Below, one piece after another: positions 45,958 through 57,153 of a DNA stretch of 64,000 nt (position 1 is its first letter; each line of letters begins with the position of its first letter). Below the pieces are notes generated by a model. It was not told where the DNA came from. It did not search any database and saw nothing but the letters and a program-made list of their open reading frames with translations. The stretch is from Blastocladiella emersonii ATCC 22665 (Eukaryota; Fungi; Blastocladiomycota). Location: positions 558,001 to 622,000 of the forward strand of contig JANHCV010000003.1 of assembly GCA_025594325.1 (NCBI GenBank). The letters run 5' to 3'. Made by a program: the position numbers and the translations under genes.

Positions 45958-46472
45958 ATGATTGGAGCAAAGGAGCGCGATATCTATTCCATTCTGTTGT
46001 TGATATGTACATACAAACGCACGATTCTTGTGTCGAATCAACTGGTCATATCAACTGGTCATGGATCGAGAGTGACGCGAGTGAACCTTCGTGGCTGTGG
46101 CCATGGCCACGGTGATCAGACTCTTCCTACTGCGCTGCGTCAAGGCCAACGTTGTCGAGGTGCGCATTGTCAATCAAGCCCACGGAGCAGAGCTTGCGTC
46201 GTAACGTGAAAAGAGCTGCGACGCGAGGACAACCAAGAGGTCCGTCACGGAAGCGAGTCAAGCAAGTCCATGGACGCTTCGTCGCCGCAAACTCGACCAC
46301 GCGCTGCTGAACTCGGCTCATGTCCACCGCGACAGGTCAAAGGTAGCGAATTGGTATGATTGAGTTGAAGGATGAGAGACGATGGAGCGGAGGACACGCG
46401 AGAGTGAGGAAGTGAAGGCAGTTCGAGGGTATCGGGACGAAGCGCAGCGAGCAGCAGCGAGAGAACGGAGGA

Positions 46473-47292
46473 TCAGATGAGAGCGCGAGCTTGGAGCGAG
46501 TTCATGATCTCGGAAATGACTTGGGCGAGGACCTCTGGATTGCGCGAGCGTCCGGCGAAGCTGGACTGCTACACGCAGGGCGTCAGCATCGCGAGGCACA
46601 ACACGATCCAGGGATGAAAGCGTACCGAAGAAACGTGGCCCGTCGGCAGAGTGTTGTCGCTGTCGGCCGACTTGGGGAAGTCGATGGTGGACTGCTACAC
46701 GCGATGAGATCGCACCGAGTCAGTCTAGGAATCCGCACTGCGACACACGGCGGGGAGCGTACCGGGGAGTTGTTGCGCGCCGGCGAGGCGTCGTCGCTGT
46801 TGGTCGACTTGGCGGCGGTGGCGGTGGCGGTGATCGTCTCGAGCTCAGGTGCGGCGGAGGTGGGCGACAGCGGGTAGGCTACGGTCGGAATGCCCATAAA
46901 CTTGAGCAGATCCGCGACTGGTTTCGATGTAGTAGTATACAACGTACTACATGGGAGGATATGTCAGTCCCGTGGGATACACGCGCAAATCGCCAAGCGC
47001 GTGTGGATGGGCCAGACGCGGTCGGTCCGTACAAGAGCTCCCGCTGCTGCACGACCCTATCCTGCCGTACCTCCAAAGAAAGCTCTTCGAAGGCGTCACT
47101 GCCGGCTGCATCCATGGTCGCATTGACTTTCGCCTCCGTTGCAGGGTTCGCCGCGACAAGCTGCTGGAGTGCCCCTATCTTGCTGTTCATGGCCGGAAAC
47201 CGGGTGTCTGGCACCTTGAGACAGTCGTGGAACGCGGCGGTCGCGATCCCGGGTGTAGCAGCGATGGCGGGAACGGCCGGTTGTTGCTTCAT
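46473..47292 (-). CDS. Orphan protein, tandem paralog A, 4 exons
   Basis: MKQQPAVPA...RFPAMNSKIGALQQL...AGSDAFEELS...QQRELF|TLYT...; three canonical GTACG-AG introns keep the frame open; ends GRSRNPEVLAQVISEIMNSLQARALI*. Confidence 0.65.
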
Positions 47293-47861
47293 GTTTGCAT
47301 GCATGGGCGGAGTAGTGCAGGTGGTGCGAGCAGCAGCGCGGAGTTGCGGCCGGCGGTGCTTCAAGTCAAAGTGAATACAAACTGAAAAGACGAGCGTCGG
47401 GATGCCTCGAGCGCTGCCGGCACTCGGCGACCAGTGCGGCGCGGCGCGTCCCGAAAGCGAGTTGCGCCACGGCGTGACACGCACGTGATGTCTCGCAGCA
47501 AGTCTCGCGTGCTTCACGTCGCGTTTGTGCAACCCTCCAACGAAGGGCGCGTGGAAAAAGACGCGTCGCACCGTTAAAAAAGCTGAGGCGCAGCGAAGGC
47601 ACTGACGAGTTCAGCGCGGAAACGAGAGGAACACGCCCACGCACGCTTTGTCGCCTCAAACTCGACCACGCGCTGCTGAACTCAGCACACTCACCATAAA
47701 CAGTCGTGAGCAAGCGAGTCGGTATGATTGAGTTAAAGAGTGGGAGGTAACGAGGCAAAGGATGCGAGAGCGTGCTGGCGGGAGGGAAGGGGGGGGTGGT
47801 TCTAGGGTATCAGGACGACGCGCAGCGAGTTGGTCGGCGGGAGCAGCGAAGGGACGGAGGA

Positions 47862-48607
47862 TCAGATGCTGGACGAGGTGGTATCGAGAACGCGAGCTTG
47901 AAGCGAGTTCATGATCTCGGAAATGACTTGTGCGAGGACCGCTGGATTCCGCGAGCGGTCCGAGAGGTGGCCCTGCTGCACGCACGGCGTCAGCGTCGCG
48001 ATACACAGCAAGATCAGGGAATGAGTGCGTACCGAGGAGATGCGGCGCATCATCGAGTTGTCTTGCGTGTCGGCCGACTCAGCGGTGGAGGCGGCAGCGG
48101 CGGTCGTCTTGGACTCAGGCGCGGCGGAGGCGGCGGACGGTGGCGGGTTCACCTCGCTCTCGAGCTTTTGCGCGGCGGACGCGAGGAGCGCGTTGAGCGC
48201 ACCCGCGTCCAGGCGCGACTCGGGCTTGGAGGGGTTGTGTAATGCAGAACACAGGGTGCTAGACGATGCGGAGTGTCAATAATATAGCGTCCACGCACGC
48301 GCCGAACCGCCGGTCGAGTCCGTATCGCGGAACGTGATCCGTACTTGAGCTCCTGCTGTCGCGCGACCATAGCTTGAAAGACATTCGAAAACATTCTCTT
48401 GAACGCGTCGCTGCCGGCATTGCCATCGTCTCCGGATTCGGCATGCTTTGCCGCGTTCTCCTTCGTAAGCTGACTGAGCGCCTTCAGTTTGCCGTCCACG
48501 TCCGGAAACTGAGTGCGCAGCTTTCGGAGGGGGGTAAGGACCTCGGCATTCGATAGCGCAGGCGCGGCAGCGGCGGGCGAAATGGATTGACGACGCTTTC
48601 GCTTCAT
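47862..48607 (-). CDS. Orphan protein, tandem paralog B, 3 exons
   Basis: MKRKRRQS...QFPDVDGKLKALSQL...AGSDAFKRMF...RQQELN|TLCS...; two canonical introns at positions shared with paralog A; ends DRSRNPAVLAQVISEIMNSLQARVLDTTSSSI*. Confidence 0.65.
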
Positions 48608-49275
48608 GTTTGCGTGCATGTGCAGAAGTGCGAGGGTGGCGCAAAGCAGCAAGTTAGCGTGAGGATGAACCAACGAGGGTTGCGTCGGGATGCGCCTCCT
48701 CCATAACACTGAGTGGCCAGCGGGGGCGTGTGGCGCAACACGAAAACAAGCTGCACGTGATGTCTCGCAGCAAGTCTCGCGCGTTTCACTTCGCGCGTTT
48801 TCTTGGCCGTGGACCGGCAGGCGGCGAGCCCGGACACGCCTGACAACGACGTCTATACGCACAAGAGTAGTTTTGTGCGGCAAACGACCGATCCTTGTAG
48901 GCGCCAAGCGTGGTCCTCCTGGATATTACTGCTTCCAAGAGCTCGCAGAGTCTCTCAAATCGCGCTGTCGGGCCGTACTCGCGCGGGCGCCGTGAAAGGT
49001 CTGTGCCGCCCGCGCGGGTGCGGCCCTCTGTGCTCTCATGTCGCAGCGCGGGATCAGAAGTTGATGCGAGTCTTAGAATGTGATCACGAGCGGGATTGCT
49101 GGTTTGGATCTGTATAGATTGCACAGTTTTGCGTATCGTGGATGCATTGCGCCACCCACGTGTAGCAGAGTCGCGCGTTCCCTCGGTTCGACAGTTGGAA
49201 AGTAAAGTGCGTGCCATTTATGGGAAAAGGGTATGTCAGTTATGCTGTTGCCATCTCCTCGCGCGACGCCGTCCA

Positions 49276-51163
49276 CTACGCCCACCACGCCGCCACGTCG
49301 CGCCAGACGTGCGCCGCGCCGACGACCACGTACACGCGCCACCACACCGTAAGCCACTCGCGGACCCACGCCGTGACGCCGTGACTACTTACGACAACCG
49401 ATCCGGCCTCGGTGTCGCGCGCCATGGGCGCGAGGATCTCGAGCGCCTCGAGCAGCCACGCGACCCACCCGCGCATGGGCCGGTGTCGGCCCATGACAGC
49501 GTACCACGCGTGCTGGCGAAACTTGGGCAGGTTGGCGCCGCCGATGGCGCGGTGGACGCCCGAGACGAGGTTGATGGTGCGCATGACGAGCAGCATGTCG
49601 CGCGGGAGGCCCTCGAGAAAGTCCATGGCGGCCTCGAGCGTCAGCTGGTGCTCGTCGCGCATCGACGCGCGGATCGTGGTGCGGTGCTCGGGCGTGATCG
49701 AGTCGCCGAGGACCATCTGGTTCTTGGCGTCGGGCGAGTTGGACCGCACGAAGCCGGCGAACATGAGCGGGAACAGCGACCAGTACTTGGCGGCGCCTGG
49801 GCCGAGGCGCTGGCCGACCGACTGCAGCAGGTCGTCGTCGCCCGTCAGGATGCCGACCCACAGGTCGCAGTAGGTCTGGCGGAACGCCGTCGCCGGGTCG
49901 AGGGTGCGGTACAGGCCGTGGTCGAGCAGGACGAGCTGCGTGACCTCGCCCTTGGGCCGGTCCGGGTCCCAGCGCACCAACATGTTGCCCGGGTGCGGGT
50001 CGCAGTGCACGATGCCGTGGACGAAGACCATCTCGGAGAAGACGTCAATGAGCGTGTGCTGCAGCGCGGGGAGATCGAACCCTTGCCGCGCGAGCTCGCC
50101 GACGTCTGTGATGCGGGTGCCGTGGATGTACTCCATGGTCATGATGCGCTGCGACGTCAGGTCCCAGAAGATGCGCGGGATGTGGAAGTCGCCGTGGGCC
50201 TCGCGGTGCGCGAACCGGCGCCGCGTCGCGTCGGCGTTGTGGGCCTCGACGCGGAAGTCAAACTCCTGGACCAGGTTGGCCTCGAACTCGCCGACGATCC
50301 ACCCGAGCTGGAACTCGGGGAACACGGCACCGACCAGGTCCGTGAGCGTCGCCATGCACACGAGGTCGATGGCAAAGTTGCGCACCACGTCCTCGTACTG
50401 CACCTTGACGGCGCACTCGCGGCCGTCCAGCGTGACGGCATGGTGCACCTGCGCGAGCGACGCGGCGGCGAGCGGCGTCTCGTCGAACGAGTGGAAGAAG
50501 TCGGTCGGCAGGCCGCCGAGCTCGCGCTGGAACACGCGGCACACCTCGGCGTAGTCGTGGAACGGCGCACGGTCCTGCAGCACCGCGAGCGTGTCCGTGT
50601 ACTCTTTCGGGACCATCTTGACGAGCGATCCGACGTGTTGCGCGGCTACTCTTCCGATGAATCAGTCACGGTCGCTTCGCAAGAGAGAGTGACATGAGGG
50701 CACCCTTGTTGTAGATCCCGCCATGGTTGCGGCACAGCCACAGCAGCGACTCGGCGCTTCGCAGGTGCACCCTGCTGCGGAGCGCGCGGTACTCGTCGCT
50801 GTCGACGCCGAGCGTCGCGCCGTGACGCCAGTACAACCACTTGTAGTCGGCCATGATGGACGCAGTCACGGCAAACGTGCACGCCGACCGCACCGCGCCG
50901 CGCACCACCGTGTCGATGCGTGTTCCGACCGTGGCGCCAGGTTCGGCGGGCACGAACGCGGCCGCGGCGCCGAGCGCGGTGCCCGCGACGACGGTCGCGA
51001 TTGCGAGACCGCGCACGGCGCGAGATCCCGAGGCGGCGGCGCGGCGGACCGCGGATCGAGAGTGCGTTGGGTGTGTCGGCGGGACGCGGCTGTACGGTCG
51101 CGCGAGGGCGGCGGGCCATATGCTCCGCAGCCCGCTGCTTCGTATAGTCGGTAGCATGAACAT
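49276..51163 (-). CDS. ABC1/UbiB-family atypical kinase (ADCK1/ADCK5/Mcp2-like), 2 exons
   Basis: Presequence and TM, then HLRSAESLLWLCRNHGGIYNK|AAQHV...LQDRAP, AAASLAQVH, AVKVQY, QEFDFRVEA, VHCDPHPGNMLV, LLDHGLY. Confidence 0.9.
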
Positions 51164-51503
51164 GGTGTTGCGTTGCGTGTAGTGTATACTATTGCGTGTA
51201 GTCGGGTTTCATGAGAGTCGGGGTTGCGGGAGGGAGGGAGGATCAACAACGGGACGCGCGCGAAAGGCTGACTGAGCCACGAACGCGTGACCGCGCCGCG
51301 GACACACGCGTCGGTGTCTCGCGGCGGGTGCGAGACACGGCCGACGTGGCGGTCAAGGACCCGTTCAACACGCATCGCAGAACCACATGGCGACGCACGC
51401 GACGCGGGCAGCGGACACTCGATCGCTCGCGACAGCGTCCGGTTCCCAGGCATGCTCCGGTGATCTTGCTCAACGCATGCAGCGCCAATGAAATCTATGA
51501 TAA

Positions 51504-52577
51504 CTTCTCGTGATTACACGGCAACATGACGAACCACCGCTACCGCTGGGCCACACACTGGTCCTCGCCGCGACGGTCCTCATGTGGGTGGCATGGGCGC
51601 AATGCTACGCCGTCGTTCTACGCTACCACCCGGACACGGACCCGGCCAGCCCGAACGCTCTGCCAAGGGCGACGCAGTAGCTGCTCCAGCGTTGGTCAAT
51701 CTTCGTCGTACTCGGCACCGTGACCGAGCTCGCGGACCTGTTCCTGCACATCCGCGAGCTGCGCCGCATCCTCGCCATGCCCAAGACCGAGGACCTGCTG
51801 CGCATCCCGGTCACGGCCATCGTCGCGCACCTGCGGCTGCTCGGCAAGTCGACGGCGCGCCGCCTGTTCATGCTCGTCACGCTGGTCCTGCGCGAGCTGC
51901 TGACCATCGGCGTCGTGATCGAGCTCGTTAGCGACGGCGGGTTCGCGCGGTCGGTGCTGGTGCTCCCGCTCCACGACGCCAACGCGCACACGAGAGACCG
52001 ACCCGCCGCGCTTCTGGCCCTCGCGCTGCTCCTGTACGGGCGCGTCGCCGGGCTCAAGTTCGCCGCGGTGCTCGAGGTCCCGAGCGTCATGGGCGAGCTC
52101 GACCGCATCCAGACCGTCTTCACGTACGCCACACTGCACGGGCTGTCGGAACTCAAGCGTGTCGAGTACGGCGCCGAGGCCCACGCGCCGGTCCTGCGCG
52201 AGCGGCGCGTCAGCACCCTCCACGGCAGCAGCACCAACGCGTCGAGCGCCGCGAGCAGCACGATCGGCCACGTCAACGAGTCGGTGATCCACAAGTCGCG
52301 CTCGAACAGCTCAGCCTCGCTCAGGCCCATGGCACCAGCGTGGGCGGGAGCGACCACGGCGGCCTCGCGCGTGACGGTGGTACTACGAGCGAACAGGACG
52401 TGCGGGCCGCGAGCGCCACGGCGGTCCCTCGATCGCCACGCTTCGGCCGCCATTCGCCGGTCCTCGTCGGCATCGGGCCTGATTCATACTTCTGGCACGT
52501 CGTCGCCATCGGGTGTCGCCGCGCCGGGCCAGGCAAGTCCGTGGCAGCAGCAGTTTGGCGGAGACCAAGCAGGTTGA
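51504..52577 (+). pseudogene. Multi-pass membrane protein remnant (last TMs of a 7TM-like protein) with an in-frame TAG
   Basis: The frame of ORF 51720..52577 continues upstream through TAG 51678-51680 into another hydrophobic helix (TLVLAATVLMWVAWAQCYAVVL). No start codon precedes that helix in frame (TAA at 51501). Strong GC3 bias downstream. Confidence 0.5.
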
Positions 52578-52812
52578 GCGTGTGAGCAACAGATTCTAAT
52601 ATACCTTTAGTCCTCCCGCATCATGCAGGCCGTCGAGTGTGAGCATATCCGTCAGTCGAGCTCAGACCGCAGCGCGGCGCGCCACGCACGTGCAGATGAG
52701 CGGCGCCTCGCTCGACCACGCGCTGAACCTCGAGTCAGAGAGCAGGTAGACCAAAAACGAAAGCTTAAATAGTAGTGGGTACATCAACACGCAACCCCTC
52801 CCGCCTTCAACC

Positions 52813-55800
52813 TCACTGGATCGCGGCAGGGTTATCCTGGCCGAGCTCAACGAATCCCATAGCGTCGTCGCGCGAGATGGCCTGGATCTTGGACGCCTTG
52901 TCCTTGAACGACACCCCATAAAACTTGTCTGCGTGGGCGAGCAGCTCGGCGCGGAACGTGGTCGTGATGAACTGCGCGTTCTCGGCGAGCGTGTGGATCT
53001 TGTTGGCGACGGCGGTGCGGTACTGCGCGTCGAGGTTGGCGTCGATCTCGTCGAACAGGTAGAAGGGCGCCGGGTCGCACTGCTGGATCGCGAAGATGAG
53101 CGCCAGCGCGACCAGGGACTTTTGCCCGCCCGACAGCTGCGACATGTGCAGGCCCTCGTCCACCTTGCTGTTGAACGACACCTGGATCGCCACCCCGCGG
53201 TACGTGTCGACGTCCGACTTGGCCGCCGCCGCCGTCTTCTTCTTCTGCTGCCGGCGCTGGCGCCGCTGCCGCTGCCGCTGCGACGCCGACGTCGCGGGCG
53301 ACTCGCCGTCCACGTCCATGGCGTCCTCGTCGCTCTCCTCCTCCTCGTCGGACAGCTCCTCGTCGTCGTCGTCGCGCGCCTGCGACTTGGCCGCGCTCGG
53401 CGCACGCATCATGACGAGCCGCCCGCGTCCGGCAGGCACGAGCTCCTCGAATACCTGCTCGAAGTTGGCCGAGACCTGGCCGAACGTGCGTTGGATGGCC
53501 TCGTCCTTGTTGCGGTCGAGGCTGGTGATGAGGTTGCGGATCGACTGCTCCGACTCGTCGAGCTCGCGCTTGCGGGCAACGAGCACGTCCTGCTGCTTGG
53601 TGAAGTTGTTGTACTGGTCGAACGCCTTCTTGTTGACGTGGGCGTACTTTTTCAGCCGGTCGTTGACGGACCGCAGCGCGCGGACGAGCGCGTCGAGGCT
53701 CGTGTCGGCGTGCTTCTGGAAGTCGTCGGGGAGCACGCCGAGGTCGCGGATGTGCCGCGCGGCCTCGTCGCGCTTGTCGGCGAGCAGCTTGCGCGTCTGC
53801 AGGAACCGCGACAGGTGCAGCTCCTGGCCCTCGACCGCGCGCTGCCGGTCGTGCAGCGTTGTCTTGAGCCGGTCGATGCGGGTCACGGCCGCGTCGACGG
53901 CTGCCGCGAGCTGCGTCACGGACTCGGCCACCTCGCGGTGCGCGGCCTGCGCCGCCGCCAGAGCGTCCTGCGCGGAATCCAGGTCGGCGCGGAGCACCTC
54001 GACGTTGTGCGCGCCCATGGCCTGCTCGAGCGCGAGCGCCTCGCGCTGCACGCCCATTTCTTTTGGCAGCAGGTGGTTATCGAGCTGGGCGCGCGCGGAC
54101 ACGACGCGGGCCTCGAGCTCGGCGGCGTCGCGCGCGGCAGCCTGCGCGGCGGTGCGGTTGGCGGCGACCTGGGCCTCGAGGCTGGCGAGCTCGGCGCGCT
54201 CGTCGGCCGAGAGCCCGCCGGCGTGGCCCGTGGCGCGCTCGGCGTCGAGCGCCTGGACCGCGACCTCGTGGTCGTGGATATCCTTTTTGAGCTGGTCGCG
54301 GCGCGCGGCGAGCTCGGCGCGCTCGCGGTCGAGCAGGTCCGCGGCGCGGCGCCGCGCCTTCCAGTCGTCGACGGCCGACGCGTCGTCGCGCTGCCGCTGC
54401 ATCTGCATCTCGAGGTGCTGCATGGTGCCGAGCGCCGCCGTGATCTGCTGCTCGAGGGTGCCGAGTTGCGCCTTGGCGTCGGCGACGGCGGCTTCGGCGG
54501 CCGCCACCGTGGCCTTGGCCCGCGTGTACGCGAGCGCCGTTTCGAGCCGCGACTTGCGCTGGTCGAGGAACCCGCCCGACAGCGCGCCCTTGCGGTCGAC
54601 GCGGTCGCCGTCGAGCGTGACGGCCGTCAGGTTCGACGCGCGCGCCACGGCCGCGGCCTTCTCGAGGTCCGAGCACACGACGGCGCGGCCAAACACCTGG
54701 GCAAAGGCGGGCTGGAAAAGTGGGTCGTACTCGAGCTTGGACAGCATCGGGACGACGTCGGGGTCCGCCGGGTACACGGCGTGCTTGACGCGGAGGCGGT
54801 TGAGCGGCATGAGGGTGACGCGGGCGGACCCGTGGACGCGCTTGAGCTCCTCGAGGACGCGCGTGGCGACCTCGTCGTTCTGGACGACCACGTCGTAGAT
54901 GGAGTTCCCACCGACGACCTCGACGGCGGTGCGGAACAGCTCGGGCACGTCGACGAGCTCGAACAGCGGGCCGTGCACGCCTTCGATGCCCTTGGCCTGG
55001 ACGAGGTCGCGCAGCACCTTGATCCCCTGCGCGATGCGCTTGTCGCACGACGAGAAGAGCGACTCCTCGAGCTCACCCATGTGCTTGCGTGCCGCCGCCA
55101 GCGTCGCCTCGGCCTTGGCCTCCTCGCGCCAGCACTCCTTGCGCTGGTGCGCGAGCCGGTCGCGCGTGCGGCGGGCCTCCTGGAACTTGTCCTGCATCTC
55201 GCGCGCGGCCTCTTGCGCGCCATCGAAGGTCGCCTGGAGCGCAGCCGCGGCAGCCGTCGCATCGGCGTGCGCGGCGGTAGTCGCGGCGAGCTCGGCGTCG
55301 GCAGTCGCGAGCGCGGCGCGCTCCGAGTCGAGGAGGGCGCGCAGCGTGGCGGTTTCCCGGTCGAGGAACGCCGTGTGGTCGGCGGCGGTCGCGAACTGGC
55401 CGGCGCGGCCCTGCTTGGCGGCGAGCGCGCGGCGGCGCGCCTGCAGGTCGGCGTGGGCGCGGTCGAGGTCGCGGACCTGCTCGGTGCGGGCCTCGAGGTC
55501 GGGCTCGGTGGCGCGCAGCTGGTCGCGCAGGGAGGCGATCTCGGCGCGGACGGCGGCGAGCTCGGCCTCGATGGCGGCGCGGCGCTCGGGCTGGTGCGCG
55601 GCCTCGGCGTCGGCGAGCAGCAGCTCGAGGTCCGTGACGGCGCGGGCCTGGCTGTCGAGGTCGGCGGCGCGGGCGTCGCGGTCGGCGGTGGCGATGTCGA
55701 GGCGGCGGCGGGCGTCGTCGAGTTCGCGCTGGGCGGCGTCGAGGTCGCGGGCCGTGTCCTTGATGGCGTCGCGGTCGGCGTGCGTGTCCTGGAGGGCGGC

Positions 55801-56799
55801 GAGGCGTTTGGCGTCGAGGTCCTCGAGCTCCTCGGAGACCTGCTGCAGCTCGCGGTCGTACATGGCGTACTCGAGGCACCGGCGGTCCTTGTCGAGGCGC
55901 GAGTACTCGGTGAGCTCGCGTTTCTCCTCCTCGAGCTCGCCGAGGCGGTCCGTGATGAACTCCATGAGCGAGGTGATCTTGTCGCGCTTGAGCTGGGTGT
56001 CGTCGAGGATCTTGACCGACTCGGCGCGCCGCGCCTCGTACACGCCGGTGCCGGCCACCTCCTTGAGCAGCGTCAGGCGCTCCGCGTCCTTGGCGTTGCA
56101 CAGCGCCGTGATGCGGCCCTGCGGCACAATGTAGTACGGGTTGGCCGACGAGAAGCCCGCCGACTCGAGCAGGTTCACGACCTCGGTCTTGGTTGCGCTC
56201 TTCTTGTCAAGCGAGTATTCGTCCTTTTTCAGACCGATGGTGCGGCGCAGGACCACCTCGTCCTTTCCTGTCTGTTTGTGGTGGGGCGTCAGTTGAGCCG
56301 GAGATTGGGCGGCACACAGCGAGAACGTACTGGGAACCGGTGGTCGGCATTGTCGAAGATGATCTCGACGAAGGCGGACATGGACGCGGGACCGGAACCC
56401 TCCTACACTCGGCGCGCGCCGTGTCAGGTCGAGTCTCGCCGCACTGCAACAGTTCATGAGCGTACATGGAGCAGCGCCTGGCGCTCCTCGCGCGAAAGAC
56501 TCGTGTACGCGTCGTTGAGGACGAACCGGATGGCTGTGGGACGGGCGCCGGGTCAGTCCTCGTGCTCCTCGCGGGCCGCAGCGCCAGGAAACGTACCCCA
56601 GAAGAAATTCGACTTGCCCGATCCGTTCCGACCCACTATACGGGCGGTAGGGGAGTGTGTGAGCGAGGGGTCGCAGAGCGCATACTCGCATCTGTAGGGA
56701 AGACCCACCGATGACGTTGTGCCGCGCACTGAACGGCTCCATGACGGTCTGGTCCTTGTAGGACTTGAACCCCTGGATGATGATCTGGCGAATGTGCAT
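52813..56799 (-). CDS. SMC3: Cohesin subunit SMC3, 5 exons with four short 5' introns
   Basis: [17 protein letters not shown]; spliced [12 protein letters not shown] (Walker A); IGLKKDEY (Eco1-acetylated KK); [12 protein letters not shown]; hinge [10 protein letters not shown]; [36 protein letters not shown]. Confidence 0.97.
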   Translation of the reverse strand: MHIRQIIIQGFKSYKDQTVMEPFSARHNVIGGSSLQMRVCALRPLAHTLPYRPYSGSERIGQVEFLLGYVSWRCGPRGARGLTRRPSHSHPVRPQRRVHESFARGAPGAAPCTLMNCCSAARLDLTRRAPSVGGFRSRVHVRLRRDHLRQCRPPVPSTFSLCAAQSPAQLTPHHKQTGKDEVVLRRTIGLKKDEYSLDKKSATKTEVVNLLESAGFSSANPYYIVPQGRITALCNAKDAERLTLLKEVAGTGVYEARRAESVKILDDTQLKRDKITSLMEFITDRLGELEEEKRELTEYSRLDKDRRCLEYAMYDRELQQVSEELEDLDAKRLAALQDTHADRDAIKDTARDLDAAQRELDDARRRLDIATADRDARAADLDSQARAVTDLELLLADAEAAHQPERRAAIEAELAAVRAEIASLRDQLRATEPDLEARTEQVRDLDRAHADLQARRRALAAKQGRAGQFATAADHTAFLDRETATLRALLDSERAALATADAELAATTAAHADATAAAAALQATFDGAQEAAREMQDKFQEARRTRDRLAHQRKECWREEAKAEATLAAARKHMGELEESLFSSCDKRIAQGIKVLRDLVQAKGIEGVHGPLFELVDVPELFRTAVEVVGGNSIYDVVVQNDEVATRVLEELKRVHGSARVTLMPLNRLRVKHAVYPADPDVVPMLSKLEYDPLFQPAFAQVFGRAVVCSDLEKAAAVARASNLTAVTLDGDRVDRKGALSGGFLDQRKSRLETALAYTRAKATVAAAEAAVADAKAQLGTLEQQITAALGTMQHLEMQMQRQRDDASAVDDWKARRRAADLLDRERAELAARRDQLKKDIHDHEVAVQALDAERATGHAGGLSADERAELASLEAQVAANRTAAQAAARDAAELEARVVSARAQLDNHLLPKEMGVQREALALEQAMGAHNVEVLRADLDSAQDALAAAQAAHREVAESVTQLAAAVDAAVTRIDRLKTTLHDRQRAVEGQELHLSRFLQTRKLLADKRDEAARHIRDLGVLPDDFQKHADTSLDALVRALRSVNDRLKKYAHVNKKAFDQYNNFTKQQDVLVARKRELDESEQSIRNLITSLDRNKDEAIQRTFGQVSANFEQVFEELVPAGRGRLVMMRAPSAAKSQARDDDDEELSDEEEESDEDAMDVDGESPATSASQRQRQRRQRRQQKKKTAAAAKSDVDTYRGVAIQVSFNSKVDEGLHMSQLSGGQKSLVALALIFAIQQCDPAPFYLFDEIDANLDAQYRTAVANKIHTLAENAQFITTTFRAELLAHADKFYGVSFKDKASKIQAISRDDAMGFVELGQDNPAAIQ

Positions 56800-57077
56800 C
56801 TTGTTGTACGTTGGGGGGTTTTGGAGCTAGCGTGTAGTAGTGGTTGCCGTCGTTGGTCTCGTCGCCGCCGCGGCGGGGTGATACATGGAAGTGTGAGCGG
56901 GAGCAGCAGCAGCGGCAGTTGCGCGTGGTCGTGGAGTGTGCAAGGGTCGCTGCTGCGTGCTGTGCGCTTGTCAAGGGAGCGGGGAGGAGAGCGGGGAGAT
57001 GAGGAGGCGGCTGATCTTCAAGACGGACGTCACGCTCTGCTCGCAGCATGCACCAGTGACTCGCTCGAGACGCGTCC

Positions 57078-57107
57078 ACGACGACGACGACGACGACGAC
57101 GACGACG
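57078..57107. repeat. (ACG)10 trinucleotide microsatellite in the SMC3/ORC2 divergent intergenic region
   Basis: Ten perfect ACG units read directly, ending 46 nt before the ORC2 ATG. Confidence 0.9.
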
Positions 57108-57153
57108 TCTCACGGATTACATAGACCCTGCAACGCATCGGCACCCGCTCGCC

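Larger units (their letters stand above)
46288..48781. repeat. Diverged tandem duplication (unit about 1.3-1.4 kb) with identical non-coding blocks
   Basis: A 27-bp identical block at 46288-46314 and 47657-47683, and a 29-bp identical block GCACGTGATGTCTCGCAGCAAGTCTCGCG at 47481-47509 and 48753-48781. Confidence 0.85.

Noticed and set aside
52933-56697. 1254-aa plus-strand ORF, and similar long antisense ORFs at 10381-12708, 33712-35916, 39524-41272, 49096-50697 and 57117-60546
   Set aside because: Each mirrors a well-supported gene on the other strand. Strong GC3 bias removes antisense stops, and the translations have no recognisable domains.
56250-56710. SMC3 reads as one uninterrupted ORF through four introns
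   Set aside because: The middle exons are out of frame in the unspliced read and Walker A appears only after splicing. The open frame is best explained by stop-codon scarcity.
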